Assembly (NCBI GenBank): GCA_050293845.1
Contig: JBNKNM010000057.1
Coordinates: forward strand, 1-27,883
Reading direction: 5' to 3'
Origin: Pseudobacteriovorax sp.
GTDB taxonomy: Bacteria; Bdellovibrionota_B; Oligoflexia; Oligoflexales; Oligoflexaceae
Length of the DNA: 27,883 bases
The position numbers and the translations under genes are program-made. Shown piece after piece: positions 17,558 through 25,381 of the stretch. Position 1 is the first letter of the stretch. Every line of letters begins with the position of its first letter. The notes below the pieces were generated by a model. The model was not told the DNA's origin. It ran no database searches and worked only from the letters and a program-made list of their open reading frames with translations.

Positions 17558-17584
17558 CTATCGGCGGAATTGCAAAAAAGTCTA
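17558..17584 (-). promoter_or_regulatory. Candidate sigma28 (FliA) promoter upstream of rlmD
   Basis: Minus strand reads TAGACTTT-N11-GCCGATAG (6/8 and 7/8 to consensus), 20 nt before the rlmD ATG. Confidence 0.55.
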
Positions 17585-17787
17585 GATACCATTCTTTTTG
17601 GCTCAGAGAAATAGCATTTTTTTGCTTCTCAAAGACTACTTACCTGCATTTTCCCAAAGGTATCACAACATTATTAGGTTCTTGAGGGTGTGTTTTTAAC
17701 ATTCCACCAGAACTCTGCCCTACAACCTCCTTCTAGCATGAAAATACAGCAGGTAGAAACAGGGGAACTCAACTATTCAGATCCCGG

Positions 17788-18882
17788 TTAGAATATCCAG
17801 TCTGTCAAATCCTTTGGTGGGGTCTTGTCAATGTTGCGACTAGCTCGCCGAAATATTTTCACACCCAGCCTTTTTGTATAATGACGCCAGGTTTCCCACT
17901 CATTTCCGAGGGTTTTTACAGTATAGGGTGTATTCGGTGACTTTGACCCTTTGGAGAAAGTATACTCACCAAAAAGGTATGTGGCCGTATGCCGAATCCA
18001 ACGAAAGTTAACCTGATTACTAGTCCCCTTTGGCAGGTTAAAGAATACCAGCATATCACCATATTTCAGATCGCTTTTTTGGGGATCAACCTCGTAAAAG
18101 TGCCTATTGATAGCACGCCAGAGTTCGTCATAATTGATCATCGCTCGATGATAACCTTTTTCCTCCTTAACATTCACCTCTTCAGAACGAGTCAGCATTT
18201 GATCATGAAAGGCTAAGGCGGCATGAAAGCAGTTGGGTCCCCGAAATACAACATAACGTTTCGCCATCTTTCTAGCAAAGCGTGGCAGCAAGTCACGATG
18301 TAAAATAAGATCCTTATTGCTTCTTAATTTTTTACTAATCCGCATCCTCTGAGTTCCCGAGAGGAACAGCTTCATCTGATTCAAAAATTCTCGTCGTAAT
18401 TTGCGATTCGCATTCAGCTTTTTTGTCAATACGGTAACATCATAATGAACTCTTGCCATGGCTTTGCTAATGCCTTTTAAGCGAAAATTTCGCAGCTCAT
18501 CCTTTGGAATATCAATAAGATATCTGCTCTTTTCTTTCTTACCCGCAATTCTTTCTTTAAAAAACTCCTCCACGTGCTGTCGCCGGCTTTTCCTTGCCAC
18601 TTGTAAGATCAGATCATGAAACTTTTCTTCATTATGCGGTACATATACCTGCACCGGATCGACTCGTTCGTCTTTGCTGAAGTTGATAGCCCGAATTTTT
18701 AACTTGCGCAGGGGGATATCCACTTTCAATTCTTTTGTCACCAGCGGCAGCTCTATACTGGGTTTAAGATCCTTCAATTCTTTAGTGAAAGGAATCAGTG
18801 ATTTTTTATACTCTGTAACACTCCACGACTCTGTGGCAGTGAGTAGTAGTAAAGTGAGAAGCCATCGCATCGACAAGTTCAT
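17788..18882 (-). CDS. Secreted hypothetical protein with C-terminal papain-like (NlpC/P60-type) Cys-His domain
   Basis: Signal peptide MNLSMRWLLTLLLLTATESWS; GPNCFHAAL (Cys218), LKYGDMLVF, RHTATYL (His298); very basic. Confidence 0.65.
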   Translation of the reverse strand: MNLSMRWLLTLLLLTATESWSVTEYKKSLIPFTKELKDLKPSIELPLVTKELKVDIPLRKLKIRAINFSKDERVDPVQVYVPHNEEKFHDLILQVARKSRRQHVEEFFKERIAGKKEKSRYLIDIPKDELRNFRLKGISKAMARVHYDVTVLTKKLNANRKLRREFLNQMKLFLSGTQRMRISKKLRSNKDLILHRDLLPRFARKMAKRYVVFRGPNCFHAALAFHDQMLTRSEEVNVKEEKGYHRAMINYDELWRAINRHFYEVDPQKSDLKYGDMLVFFNLPKGTSNQVNFRWIRHTATYLFGEYTFSKGSKSPNTPYTVKTLGNEWETWRHYTKRLGVKIFRRASRNIDKTPPKDLTDWIF

Positions 18883-18932
18883 GGTTCCCCTAACCCTTAA
18901 TTGAACCCATTTTCTCTTACGGAGTGGTCAGC

Positions 18933-18959
18933 TGATCGGCTTTTTTTAAACAATCTTTA
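18933..18959 (-). promoter_or_regulatory. sigma28 (FliA)-type promoter
   Basis: Minus strand reads TAAAGATT-N11-GCCGATCA (7/8 and 7/8 to TAAAGTTT-N11-GCCGATAA), 50 nt before ATG 18882. Confidence 0.7.
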
Positions 18960-19014
18960 GGAGACCTTATAGGAGAAAGCTCGGCAAAAATTTCATTATC
19001 TTATTGGTTTATAA

Positions 19015-19041
19015 TCGAGTTACATAGGCATGTGCCGTAAG
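19015..19041 (+). promoter_or_regulatory. Weak candidate sigma28 promoter
   Basis: TCGAGTTA-N11-GCCGTAAG (5/8 and 5/8); a TATAAT at 19010-19015 is an alternative sigma70 -10. Confidence 0.3.
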
Positions 19042-19070
19042 CAAGATTCAGCGACTCAGGGAGTTTGACT

Positions 19071-19808
19071 ATGACGACCGTTTTGATTGTAGATGCATGT
19101 AAACCTAGCCTTGTGATGACTTCAGAAGTGTTTAAAGATAAAATGTCGGGCACTATTGTTGATATCGCTCAGTCGGGAAGGGAAACTATTGAATACCTAA
19201 CTGAAAAAACTCCCGATCTTTGTGTAATCGATTTCGACTTACCAGATGTGGATGGCCCTTCCTTAATTGAAGCCATGAGAAGAGTTTTTTCAGGTCCGAT
19301 TCTGATGACAGCCTATCCCGATGCCATGGTTGAAAAAGCTGTTACTGACCATCTTTTCGCCTGCAATGATGCTAGTGCTTGGGTTCCCAAACCTATTAAT
19401 TTTGATGATCTAAGCGCTAAAATTGACCGCTTTCTACTCGATGGTTACCGTCTGGGAAAACGCTTCAAAAGTGATATAGAAACCCAATTAGTTGGCAAGG
19501 CATCGGGGCGTGGCAAGCGCGCCCCCAAAATTGGTGGCAGGGTAGTCAATTTGAGCCTCGGCGGAGCCCGGGTACGTGTTGAAGGTGCTATGAAAATTAA
19601 AAAAGCCCAGGAATTGACTATGTCTTTGGCTTTGCCAGTACAGGACCCACGGAAGTCGGCTTCGGGACGCTTGACTGTGGGAGAAACCAAAATAAAAGCC
19701 ACTATTGCTTGGTCTGCCAACGGGGAGATAGGCTTGCGTTTTATGCGCTTAACCGATGTCCAAAAAAGAGGATTGGAAAATTATTTCCGCGATAAAGTAC
19801 CAGAGTAA
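19071..19808 (+). CDS. Response regulator receiver + PilZ domain protein
   Basis: REC: VLIVD, PDLCVIDFDLPDVDG, ILMTA, VPKP. PilZ: RLGKR (RxxxR), NLSLGG, IGLRF. ATG 19071 is 7 nt after GGGAG. Confidence 0.85.
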   Translation: MTTVLIVDACKPSLVMTSEVFKDKMSGTIVDIAQSGRETIEYLTEKTPDLCVIDFDLPDVDGPSLIEAMRRVFSGPILMTAYPDAMVEKAVTDHLFACNDASAWVPKPINFDDLSAKIDRFLLDGYRLGKRFKSDIETQLVGKASGRGKRAPKIGGRVVNLSLGGARVRVEGAMKIKKAQELTMSLALPVQDPRKSASGRLTVGETKIKATIAWSANGEIGLRFMRLTDVQKRGLENYFRDKVPE

Positions 19809-19850
19809 ACAAGAGCAAAGCAATCCACCTCACGCAATCCAAAAATGTTG

Positions 19851-19877
19851 TTAAGCTTTTGCCTATTGTTCCGATCT
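19851..19877 (+). promoter_or_regulatory. Candidate sigma28 promoter of cheV
   Basis: TTAAGCTT-N11-TCCGATCT (6/8 and 5/8); cheV is a typical sigma28-controlled gene. Confidence 0.5.
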
Positions 19878-19911
19878 CACTCTGTACGTCCTTCCCGATA
19901 TTGGAAGATAT

Positions 19912-20895
19912 ATGGCTGATAAAAAACTAGATATCTTAGATCAGTTTGAAATTGGTGGAAATTTCTTCGAACTTATCGAATTTTCCCTCGTCCGAAGAAT
20001 GCCTAAAAACCAAGTTTATGTTGGGGTATACGGTGTCAACGTAGCAAAGGTGCGAGAAGTTGTGCATATGCCCAAGATCAATCCTTTAGCCTCATCTGTA
20101 GAGGGGGTTGCCGGTATTTTCGAATTACGAGGCATTCCCATCCCTGCGGTTAACCTCAATAAGATTCTTGGTGATTATGAAGCTCCCATTACTCAAGATC
20201 AGCAAATTATTGTAACAGAATTTAGCCAAAAACGAGCAGGCTTCATCGTCAGCCACACCCATCGCATCAGGAGAGTTTCTTGGGATAAGGTCCTGCCGCC
20301 ATCGACTGACTCGTCATCGTGTATGACAGGCATGATTCTCTTAGAAAACAATGAGTTTCTCTTCATTTTAGATTTGGAAAAAATATTAGCCGGCTTAGAG
20401 TCTGTCAATCAACCCCAACCCAACATCTATGCTCAGTCTGAATTCAATCAACCATCAGCAGATAGCAACAAGCCGATTGATAGAAACTCCCTTGGGATTC
20501 TAGTGGTCGACGACTCCAAATTAATTCTGAGTAACCTTAAAAGGGTATTATCTGGCAAGGGTTTTAGGGTTATTACGGCAAACAACGGCCAAGAAGGTCT
20601 TGGTATTGTTGAAGCCATACTATCAGGTGATAAAAAATATGGCCCCATCCATGCCATTATCACTGATATTGAAATGCCTAAAATGGATGGCTTGACTTTC
20701 ATTAGAAAAATGAGAGAAAATCCAGACTTGCAGTCGCTACCCATTCTCCTGCACACTTCTTTGGATGGGAAAGCTACCCAGGCTGCTGCTAAAAAAGTAG
20801 GAGCTAATGGCTATGTAATTAAGAACGACATTGATAAAATTATAAGTTATCTTGATCGCTTTTTTGAAAGCAGCCCCATTGCCATTGGAAGCTAG
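19912..20895 (+). CDS. cheV: Chemotaxis protein CheV (CheW-REC fusion)
   Basis: YGVNVAKVREV, GIFELRGIPIPAVNL, IIVTEF, RVSWDKV, ILDLEKI, then ILVVDDS, ITDIEMPKMDG, LHTSL, YVIK. Confidence 0.93.
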   Translation: MADKKLDILDQFEIGGNFFELIEFSLVRRMPKNQVYVGVYGVNVAKVREVVHMPKINPLASSVEGVAGIFELRGIPIPAVNLNKILGDYEAPITQDQQIIVTEFSQKRAGFIVSHTHRIRRVSWDKVLPPSTDSSSCMTGMILLENNEFLFILDLEKILAGLESVNQPQPNIYAQSEFNQPSADSNKPIDRNSLGILVVDDSKLILSNLKRVLSGKGFRVITANNGQEGLGIVEAILSGDKKYGPIHAIITDIEMPKMDGLTFIRKMRENPDLQSLPILLHTSLDGKATQAAAKKVGANGYVIKNDIDKIISYLDRFFESSPIAIGS

Positions 20896-20898
20896 CGA

Positions 20899-21546
20899 TT
20901 GTACTTAAGAACACCTCGCATTTTCATCAGCATCATCATGATCCTTTTGGTAGCAGCTTGCTCGCATTTTGTTTATCAGCAGAGCGCTGCCATCACAGGT
21001 CAAGACCTTTGGCAGGTGGCTTTAGGAATCAACCTCTGCCTAGCTCTAACCTTAACCTACCGGGCCCCCCTTCCTCCGCAAAAGAATTTTATTAAGCAAT
21101 GGCCGTGGTTTTTACCTGGTCTTGGTGTGTTATTTACATCATGGCTTCTATCTTACATAACTTCGGGATATCTGCTGCCCTCCCTGGAGCAACTTTCCAT
21201 AGACGACCTATGGTTTGTGACCTTAATCCCTATTGTTGAAGAGGTGCTTTTTCGTGGACACGTCAGCCGACTATTACGCTCCAGGCACGGTGTTTATCTA
21301 GGCTGCTATCTCTCTGGTATATTTTTTGCGCTCCTCCACAACCCCTTTTCTTTCCTAGAACTCTCTTGGGGAATTCCATTGGGACCATTACTTTTGGCAT
21401 GGTTATGTGATTTTCTGTATTTAAAGTCGAAACATATTTGCTTCTCGATATTTTTTCATGCAAGCTGCAATGCATCGGCCATGATTTTTCAGTCGATGGA
21501 CCCAAAATGGCTGGAATATCTGCACCTTTTATATCTTGGAAATTGA
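20899..21546 (+). CDS. CPBP (Abi / CAAX type II) intramembrane glutamic endopeptidase
   Basis: PIVEEVLFRG (EExxxR), FALLH (FxxxH), HASCN (HxxxN); multiple TM segments. Confidence 0.85.
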   Translation: MYLRTPRIFISIIMILLVAACSHFVYQQSAAITGQDLWQVALGINLCLALTLTYRAPLPPQKNFIKQWPWFLPGLGVLFTSWLLSYITSGYLLPSLEQLSIDDLWFVTLIPIVEEVLFRGHVSRLLRSRHGVYLGCYLSGIFFALLHNPFSFLELSWGIPLGPLLLAWLCDFLYLKSKHICFSIFFHASCNASAMIFQSMDPKWLEYLHLLYLGN

Positions 21547-21551
21547 GATCA

Positions 21552-21785
21552 ATGGCTGACAACCCATCAAAGCACGCTGAAAAAAAAGCCAAAATGCTTT
21601 CCCGTGTCGTTTGCATCTGTAAGGGCATACCCCTATCAAAGGTCCTTGAAGGACTGGAAGGTTCTGATACCGTTGCAGAAGTCAATCAAAAGGTCGGAAC
21701 TGGATGTGGTGGCTGTCAAGGAGAGCGTTGTGGTCCTCGTATTAAAATACTGATCCGCAAATACAAGGAGCAGCATAAAAAATAG
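21552..21785 (+). CDS. BFD-like [2Fe-2S]-binding protein
   Basis: VVCICKGI...V.EV...GTGCGGCQGERC; start corrected to ATG 21552, 5 nt after the CPBP stop. Confidence 0.8.
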   Translation: MADNPSKHAEKKAKMLSRVVCICKGIPLSKVLEGLEGSDTVAEVNQKVGTGCGGCQGERCGPRIKILIRKYKEQHKK

Positions 21786-21810
21786 CATCTCGACTCAATA
21801 TGCAGGCTGG

Positions 21811-22380
21811 TTATTTGGGATGACAATCATCGATTATGTGAGCGACTGCAGACTTAAAGCTATCTGCCACCCGCCAAGGATCACTATGTAGAGGATATTG
21901 CCTTTGCATTTGGACACCCTTCAAAGGCATTGGGAAGCTCATCCCACATTCAATATCCGATTGCTTATCGCCTATTATATAAGAATGGGTAAGATCGATG
22001 GGTCTTTCCCTAACAGCTTGCTCAAGAAGCCCAGATGCGGGCTTACGGCAGCGGCAGGTGATGTTAAAGGGACTAACACTCCCTGCAGGATGATGAGGGC
22101 AGCTATAAAAAGCATCAAGCTGAACACCATAGGGTCGCAGCTGGCGCTGGATTTCCTGATGGCACGCGTATACTGCCTGTAAACCAAATAACCCGCGCGC
22201 TACCCCCGACTGATTCGTCACCACAAGAAGCCAAAAACCAGCCTCCTGCAATTGCAACAAGCCTTCTCCCACATCGGGGAACAGCTCGATGTCCTCAGGC
22301 TTATGGACATAGCCATGATCATAAATCAGCACACCATCCCTGTCAAGAAAGACGGCTGGCTTACTTTTTATCTTTGCCAT
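21811..22380 (-). CDS. gmhB: D-glycero-D-manno-heptose-1,7-bisphosphate phosphatase (HAD IIIA)
   Basis: AVFLDRDGVL, VVTNQSG, CPHHP...CRCRKP, IGDKQSD. Confidence 0.88.
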   Translation of the reverse strand: MAKIKSKPAVFLDRDGVLIYDHGYVHKPEDIELFPDVGEGLLQLQEAGFWLLVVTNQSGVARGLFGLQAVYACHQEIQRQLRPYGVQLDAFYSCPHHPAGSVSPFNITCRCRKPASGLLEQAVRERPIDLTHSYIIGDKQSDIECGMSFPMPLKGVQMQRQYPLHSDPWRVADSFKSAVAHIIDDCHPK

Positions 22381-22645
22381 AGGCGATCATCCAAGTTCTG
22401 TCTTCTTCTCTAAGCGCGAAGGGAGCTCCCAGCTTAATGGCAGCACGGTAAGAGCTTACAACTTCAGAGTTTGATTCCCCAGAGGACAGCATGTAATTGA
22501 CCTCTTTGATTTTCGACTCCAACTCCCAATAGTTTCTGATAGGGAGCAGTAATTCTACCACCTTGCCAATCTCATTGAAGCCCTCAATAACCTGATTTTG
22601 AAGGTATAATTGCTGCTTGCCACAAATCAAAAACTTTCGAATCAT
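22361..22645 (-). CDS. Hypothetical protein (94 aa)
   Basis: GAGG RBS, fills the gap in the operon, overlaps the gmhB start; no recognisable motif. Confidence 0.65.
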   Translation of the reverse strand: MIRKFLICGKQQLYLQNQVIEGFNEIGKVVELLLPIRNYWELESKIKEVNYMLSSGESNSEVVSSYRAAIKLGAPFALREEDRTWMIAYGKDKK

Positions 22646-22659
22646 GCCAATCTACCTCT

Positions 22660-23205
22660 CTAACTATCCACCTTTTTTTTGGCAGCTTTTTTCTTGGCAG
22701 CCTTTTTGGTAGGCGATTTTTTAGTAGTTGCCTTTTTGGTAGCTGCCTTTTTCTTACTTTCCGCTTTCTTTGTAGCCTTCTTTTTTACGGACTTGGTTTT
22801 TGTTGGTTCTGCACTTTCTTCCGGCTCAGACTCTTCTGCAGCTGCAGTTTCCTCTACCACTGGTGGTTTAGCTTCTACGTCAGGTTTAGCTTCTACGTCA
22901 GGTTTAGCTTCTACGTCAGGTTTAGCTTCTGCATTCTCAGCGATTTCTTCTTCAGGAATTTCAATTTCGTTCTGCACCATATGATATACGCGTTTCCAAA
23001 GAGTCTTATCCTTGCGCAGCCACGCCTCAAAGAGCTTCCGAGCGGGACGGTTGATAAGAGCTTCCTGCATAAAGAATTCTGCGAAGGCTTTGGGTTCTTT
23101 TTTATCTTTTAAAACCGCTATATACTGGGCGAGAATCAGCAACTCGGAGCCTCTGGCTCGTAAAACAAGAGATCCTTGGACCGGGATGAGTTCAACTGGG
23201 CTCAC
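22660..23205 (-). CDS. Hypothetical protein with histone H1-like Lys/Ala-rich C-terminal tail
   Basis: About 80-aa globular N-terminus, acidic/Pro linker, tail KKKATKKAESKKKAATKKATTKKSPTKKAAKKKAAKKK; GTG after AAAGGA. Confidence 0.75.
   Translation of the reverse strand: MSPVELIPVQGSLVLRARGSELLILAQYIAVLKDKKEPKAFAEFFMQEALINRPARKLFEAWLRKDKTLWKRVYHMVQNEIEIPEEEIAENAEAKPDVEAKPDVEAKPDVEAKPPVVEETAAAEESEPEESAEPTKTKSVKKKATKKAESKKKAATKKATTKKSPTKKAAKKKAAKKKVDS
22865..22930. repeat. 18-bp tandem repeat, 3 perfect copies plus 12 bp
   Basis: GGTTTAGCTTCTACGTCA at 22865, 22883 and 22901, partial at 22919; encodes (EAKPDV)n on the minus strand. Confidence 0.95.
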
Positions 23206-23219
23206 AGTGTTTCCTTTCG

Positions 23220-23984
23220 TTATTTTCTTGATTGGCAGTTTGCATCACTACCCGAAATATTACCTTCATTCTCTAACCGTCCCGCGGCATTATGCCGTGA
23301 TCGGTATACTTTAAAGGGGTAACGACTTTCCTTGCTCTTGGGACTATATCCAAGAACCTCCTTTAAAAAGAATCCCTTGAAGAAAGTCAATATCCTTTCA
23401 AAATCAGCGTTTAAAGAACTATCGATTTCCAAATTATGGCAATCAACCAGCAAATTCCAAGCTGAATGCCATTGCATCAGGTTATTGGTAATCTTGTCTT
23501 TAAGAACATTAAGCTGCTCACGGCTACTAACGACAGCGGGTTCACTAAAAGAAATCTCCATCACATGCTGCTGAAAATGGTTCTGAATCTGAATGCTACT
23601 GCGAAAATCTCCCGGCTGCCTTGGTTTTACCGTACGAATACCTACCCTCTGGAAGGCATCATCACGATCCTTAGCAACTGCGAAAGGTAGCAAATCAGCC
23701 ACGCTAGGATCGAGACCATAAATGACCGCTGTCTTGAGAAAAAACCCTGACAAGAGTTTTTCCATCCGTGCAAAAGCACCTTTAAGATCTTGGCCCTCTG
23801 CAGCAGCTATAATCAAGTTATCGCCATTAATAATAGCCTTGTAAGGTGAGTGCCAACTGCTCAGCCCCTTAAGCCAGGCTTGACGCCATTGCAGAACATC
23901 GTCTTCATTAGCAATGGTGGTTTGCTCCGTAAAACTGATTTCAAGATATTTTTGCTGATAATTATGCTCAAACTGCAATTTCAT
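23220..23984 (-). CDS. Hypothetical protein made of two homologous about 115-aa domains (possibly STAS/SpoIIAA-like)
   Basis: Internal duplication is visible by eye (see findings); sits in an operon with gaps of 2 and 14 nt. Confidence 0.75.
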   Translation of the reverse strand: MKLQFEHNYQQKYLEISFTEQTTIANEDDVLQWRQAWLKGLSSWHSPYKAIINGDNLIIAAAEGQDLKGAFARMEKLLSGFFLKTAVIYGLDPSVADLLPFAVAKDRDDAFQRVGIRTVKPRQPGDFRSSIQIQNHFQQHVMEISFSEPAVVSSREQLNVLKDKITNNLMQWHSAWNLLVDCHNLEIDSSLNADFERILTFFKGFFLKEVLGYSPKSKESRYPFKVYRSRHNAAGRLENEGNISGSDANCQSRK

Positions 23985-23986
23985 GG

Positions 23987-25192
23987 TTACATTCCAAGCA
24001 TCATCGATACCCGTTGCTTTAAAGCTGGGTATGATCGTTCCTGAGCAGGGACTCCATTAATATAGATAGCGGGAGTACCTCGAATATTTAATTCTAAACC
24101 CTGGTCCACATCGGCTTTGATTTTATTGAGAATATCCTGAGACTGCATGCATTCCTTATATTGCGCTTCACTGATACCACTTTCCAAAGCCCAAAGCTTT
24201 AGCCTATTGCTATCCAGCTTATCTTGGTTGGCATAAATCTTATCATGCATGGCCCAGAAATTTCCATACTGACCAGCACATCTAGCTACCTTTGCCGCCT
24301 CGCAGGCATACTGGTGCAAATCCCCGCTTGATTTATTGCAGCCCTTATCGAGGGGAAAATTTTTGTACACCACAAGAATTCTATCTCCAAATTCTTGCTC
24401 TAGGGCCTTCAAGGTCTGCGCTGCATCCCGGCAAGCGGGGCATTGAAAATCGGCAAACTTGACGATGACTACTTTAGCACTATCCCCACCTTTACGATAA
24501 TCCTCACCCAACCCAGAGTAAGGTGATCGGTTGATCTCGATTTTATAGCCCTGAACGGTTTCAAGAAGCTTCTTAATTTCTTCGCTCGACTGTGGCAAGT
24601 CAGGGGTAAAGTTACTGCGATTAGGCATGGGTTCCATAACCTGAAATACTGTCACGGACCCTAGAAGGGCAATAAGCATGTAAAAAGCTCCGTTATAGAG
24701 CCCCTTGAGACTCCAGGTGGGTGGAATTTCTTCCCGTAAAAAAAAGGTCACAAGGACCTGAATTAAAGTGACACTATAGACTCCCATACAGCTGAGACAT
24801 AAAGAGCCCACCTGAAAATAAGAAATCAAGAAAAGAGCAATGGAAGTCACCACGCCTAATCCAGTCATCAAAGCATATGTAGGCATGGTGTCTTTTTTGT
24901 ATTCTTCTTTCACAAAGCTAGCAATAAGGAGAAGCATGAGCCCCAAAAAATAACCAATCCCGTAAAGACCTAGGGGATTGCCCCAGGGGTCTTCACTAAA
25001 GGAACTATTAGCTACGTCATCACAGCTAAAGGTCTGGTTAATATTACAAAAGGCATCAGTTTGGCCTGCTGTTTTCAATTCTATATGGTGCTGCAACGAA
25101 TAGAAACTAATGGCAAGTCCGATTACAGCTAGAATAATGCCTAACACGGCAAGGGTACTTGGTTTTTTCAATTCTGCAGTTTGATCAACCAC
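23987..25192 (-). CDS. VKOR-DsbA/thioredoxin fusion membrane oxidoreductase
   Basis: VKOR loop FCNINQTFSCDDVANS and CLSC in the TM region; DsbA-like FADFQCPAC, KNFPLDKGCN, IRGTPAIYING; GTG after GAGGAG. Confidence 0.9.
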   Translation of the reverse strand: MVDQTAELKKPSTLAVLGIILAVIGLAISFYSLQHHIELKTAGQTDAFCNINQTFSCDDVANSSFSEDPWGNPLGLYGIGYFLGLMLLLIASFVKEEYKKDTMPTYALMTGLGVVTSIALFLISYFQVGSLCLSCMGVYSVTLIQVLVTFFLREEIPPTWSLKGLYNGAFYMLIALLGSVTVFQVMEPMPNRSNFTPDLPQSSEEIKKLLETVQGYKIEINRSPYSGLGEDYRKGGDSAKVVIVKFADFQCPACRDAAQTLKALEQEFGDRILVVYKNFPLDKGCNKSSGDLHQYACEAAKVARCAGQYGNFWAMHDKIYANQDKLDSNRLKLWALESGISEAQYKECMQSQDILNKIKADVDQGLELNIRGTPAIYINGVPAQERSYPALKQRVSMMLGM

Positions 25193-25381
25193 CGCTATCT
25201 CCTCTTGGGTTGTGATACTATATCGCTACTCCCATTCCATCTCCAGTAGCACACAAAGGGCCTAGTCTAAGTGCTTATCATGGCTAGGACAATGGAGTTC
25301 TACAAGAAAACCGATAATTACCCAAAAGTCATACTAATTGCGCGTCATAGAATCAAGCTCTCACTTTTGGAAGAGGCATTT

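Noticed and set aside
22865..22930. Repeat as a possible CRISPR array
   Set aside because: Units are contiguous with no spacers, in frame within a CDS, and no cas genes are present.
1074..24044. Numerous 60-140 aa antisense or alternate-frame ORFs in the track (e.g. 4148..4522, 5708..6040, 7756..8088, 13421..13702, 21263..21685, 22679..22984)
   Set aside because: Each lies wholly within or across well-supported genes and has no motif; 22679..22984 is just the antisense mirror of the Lys/Ala tail and repeat.
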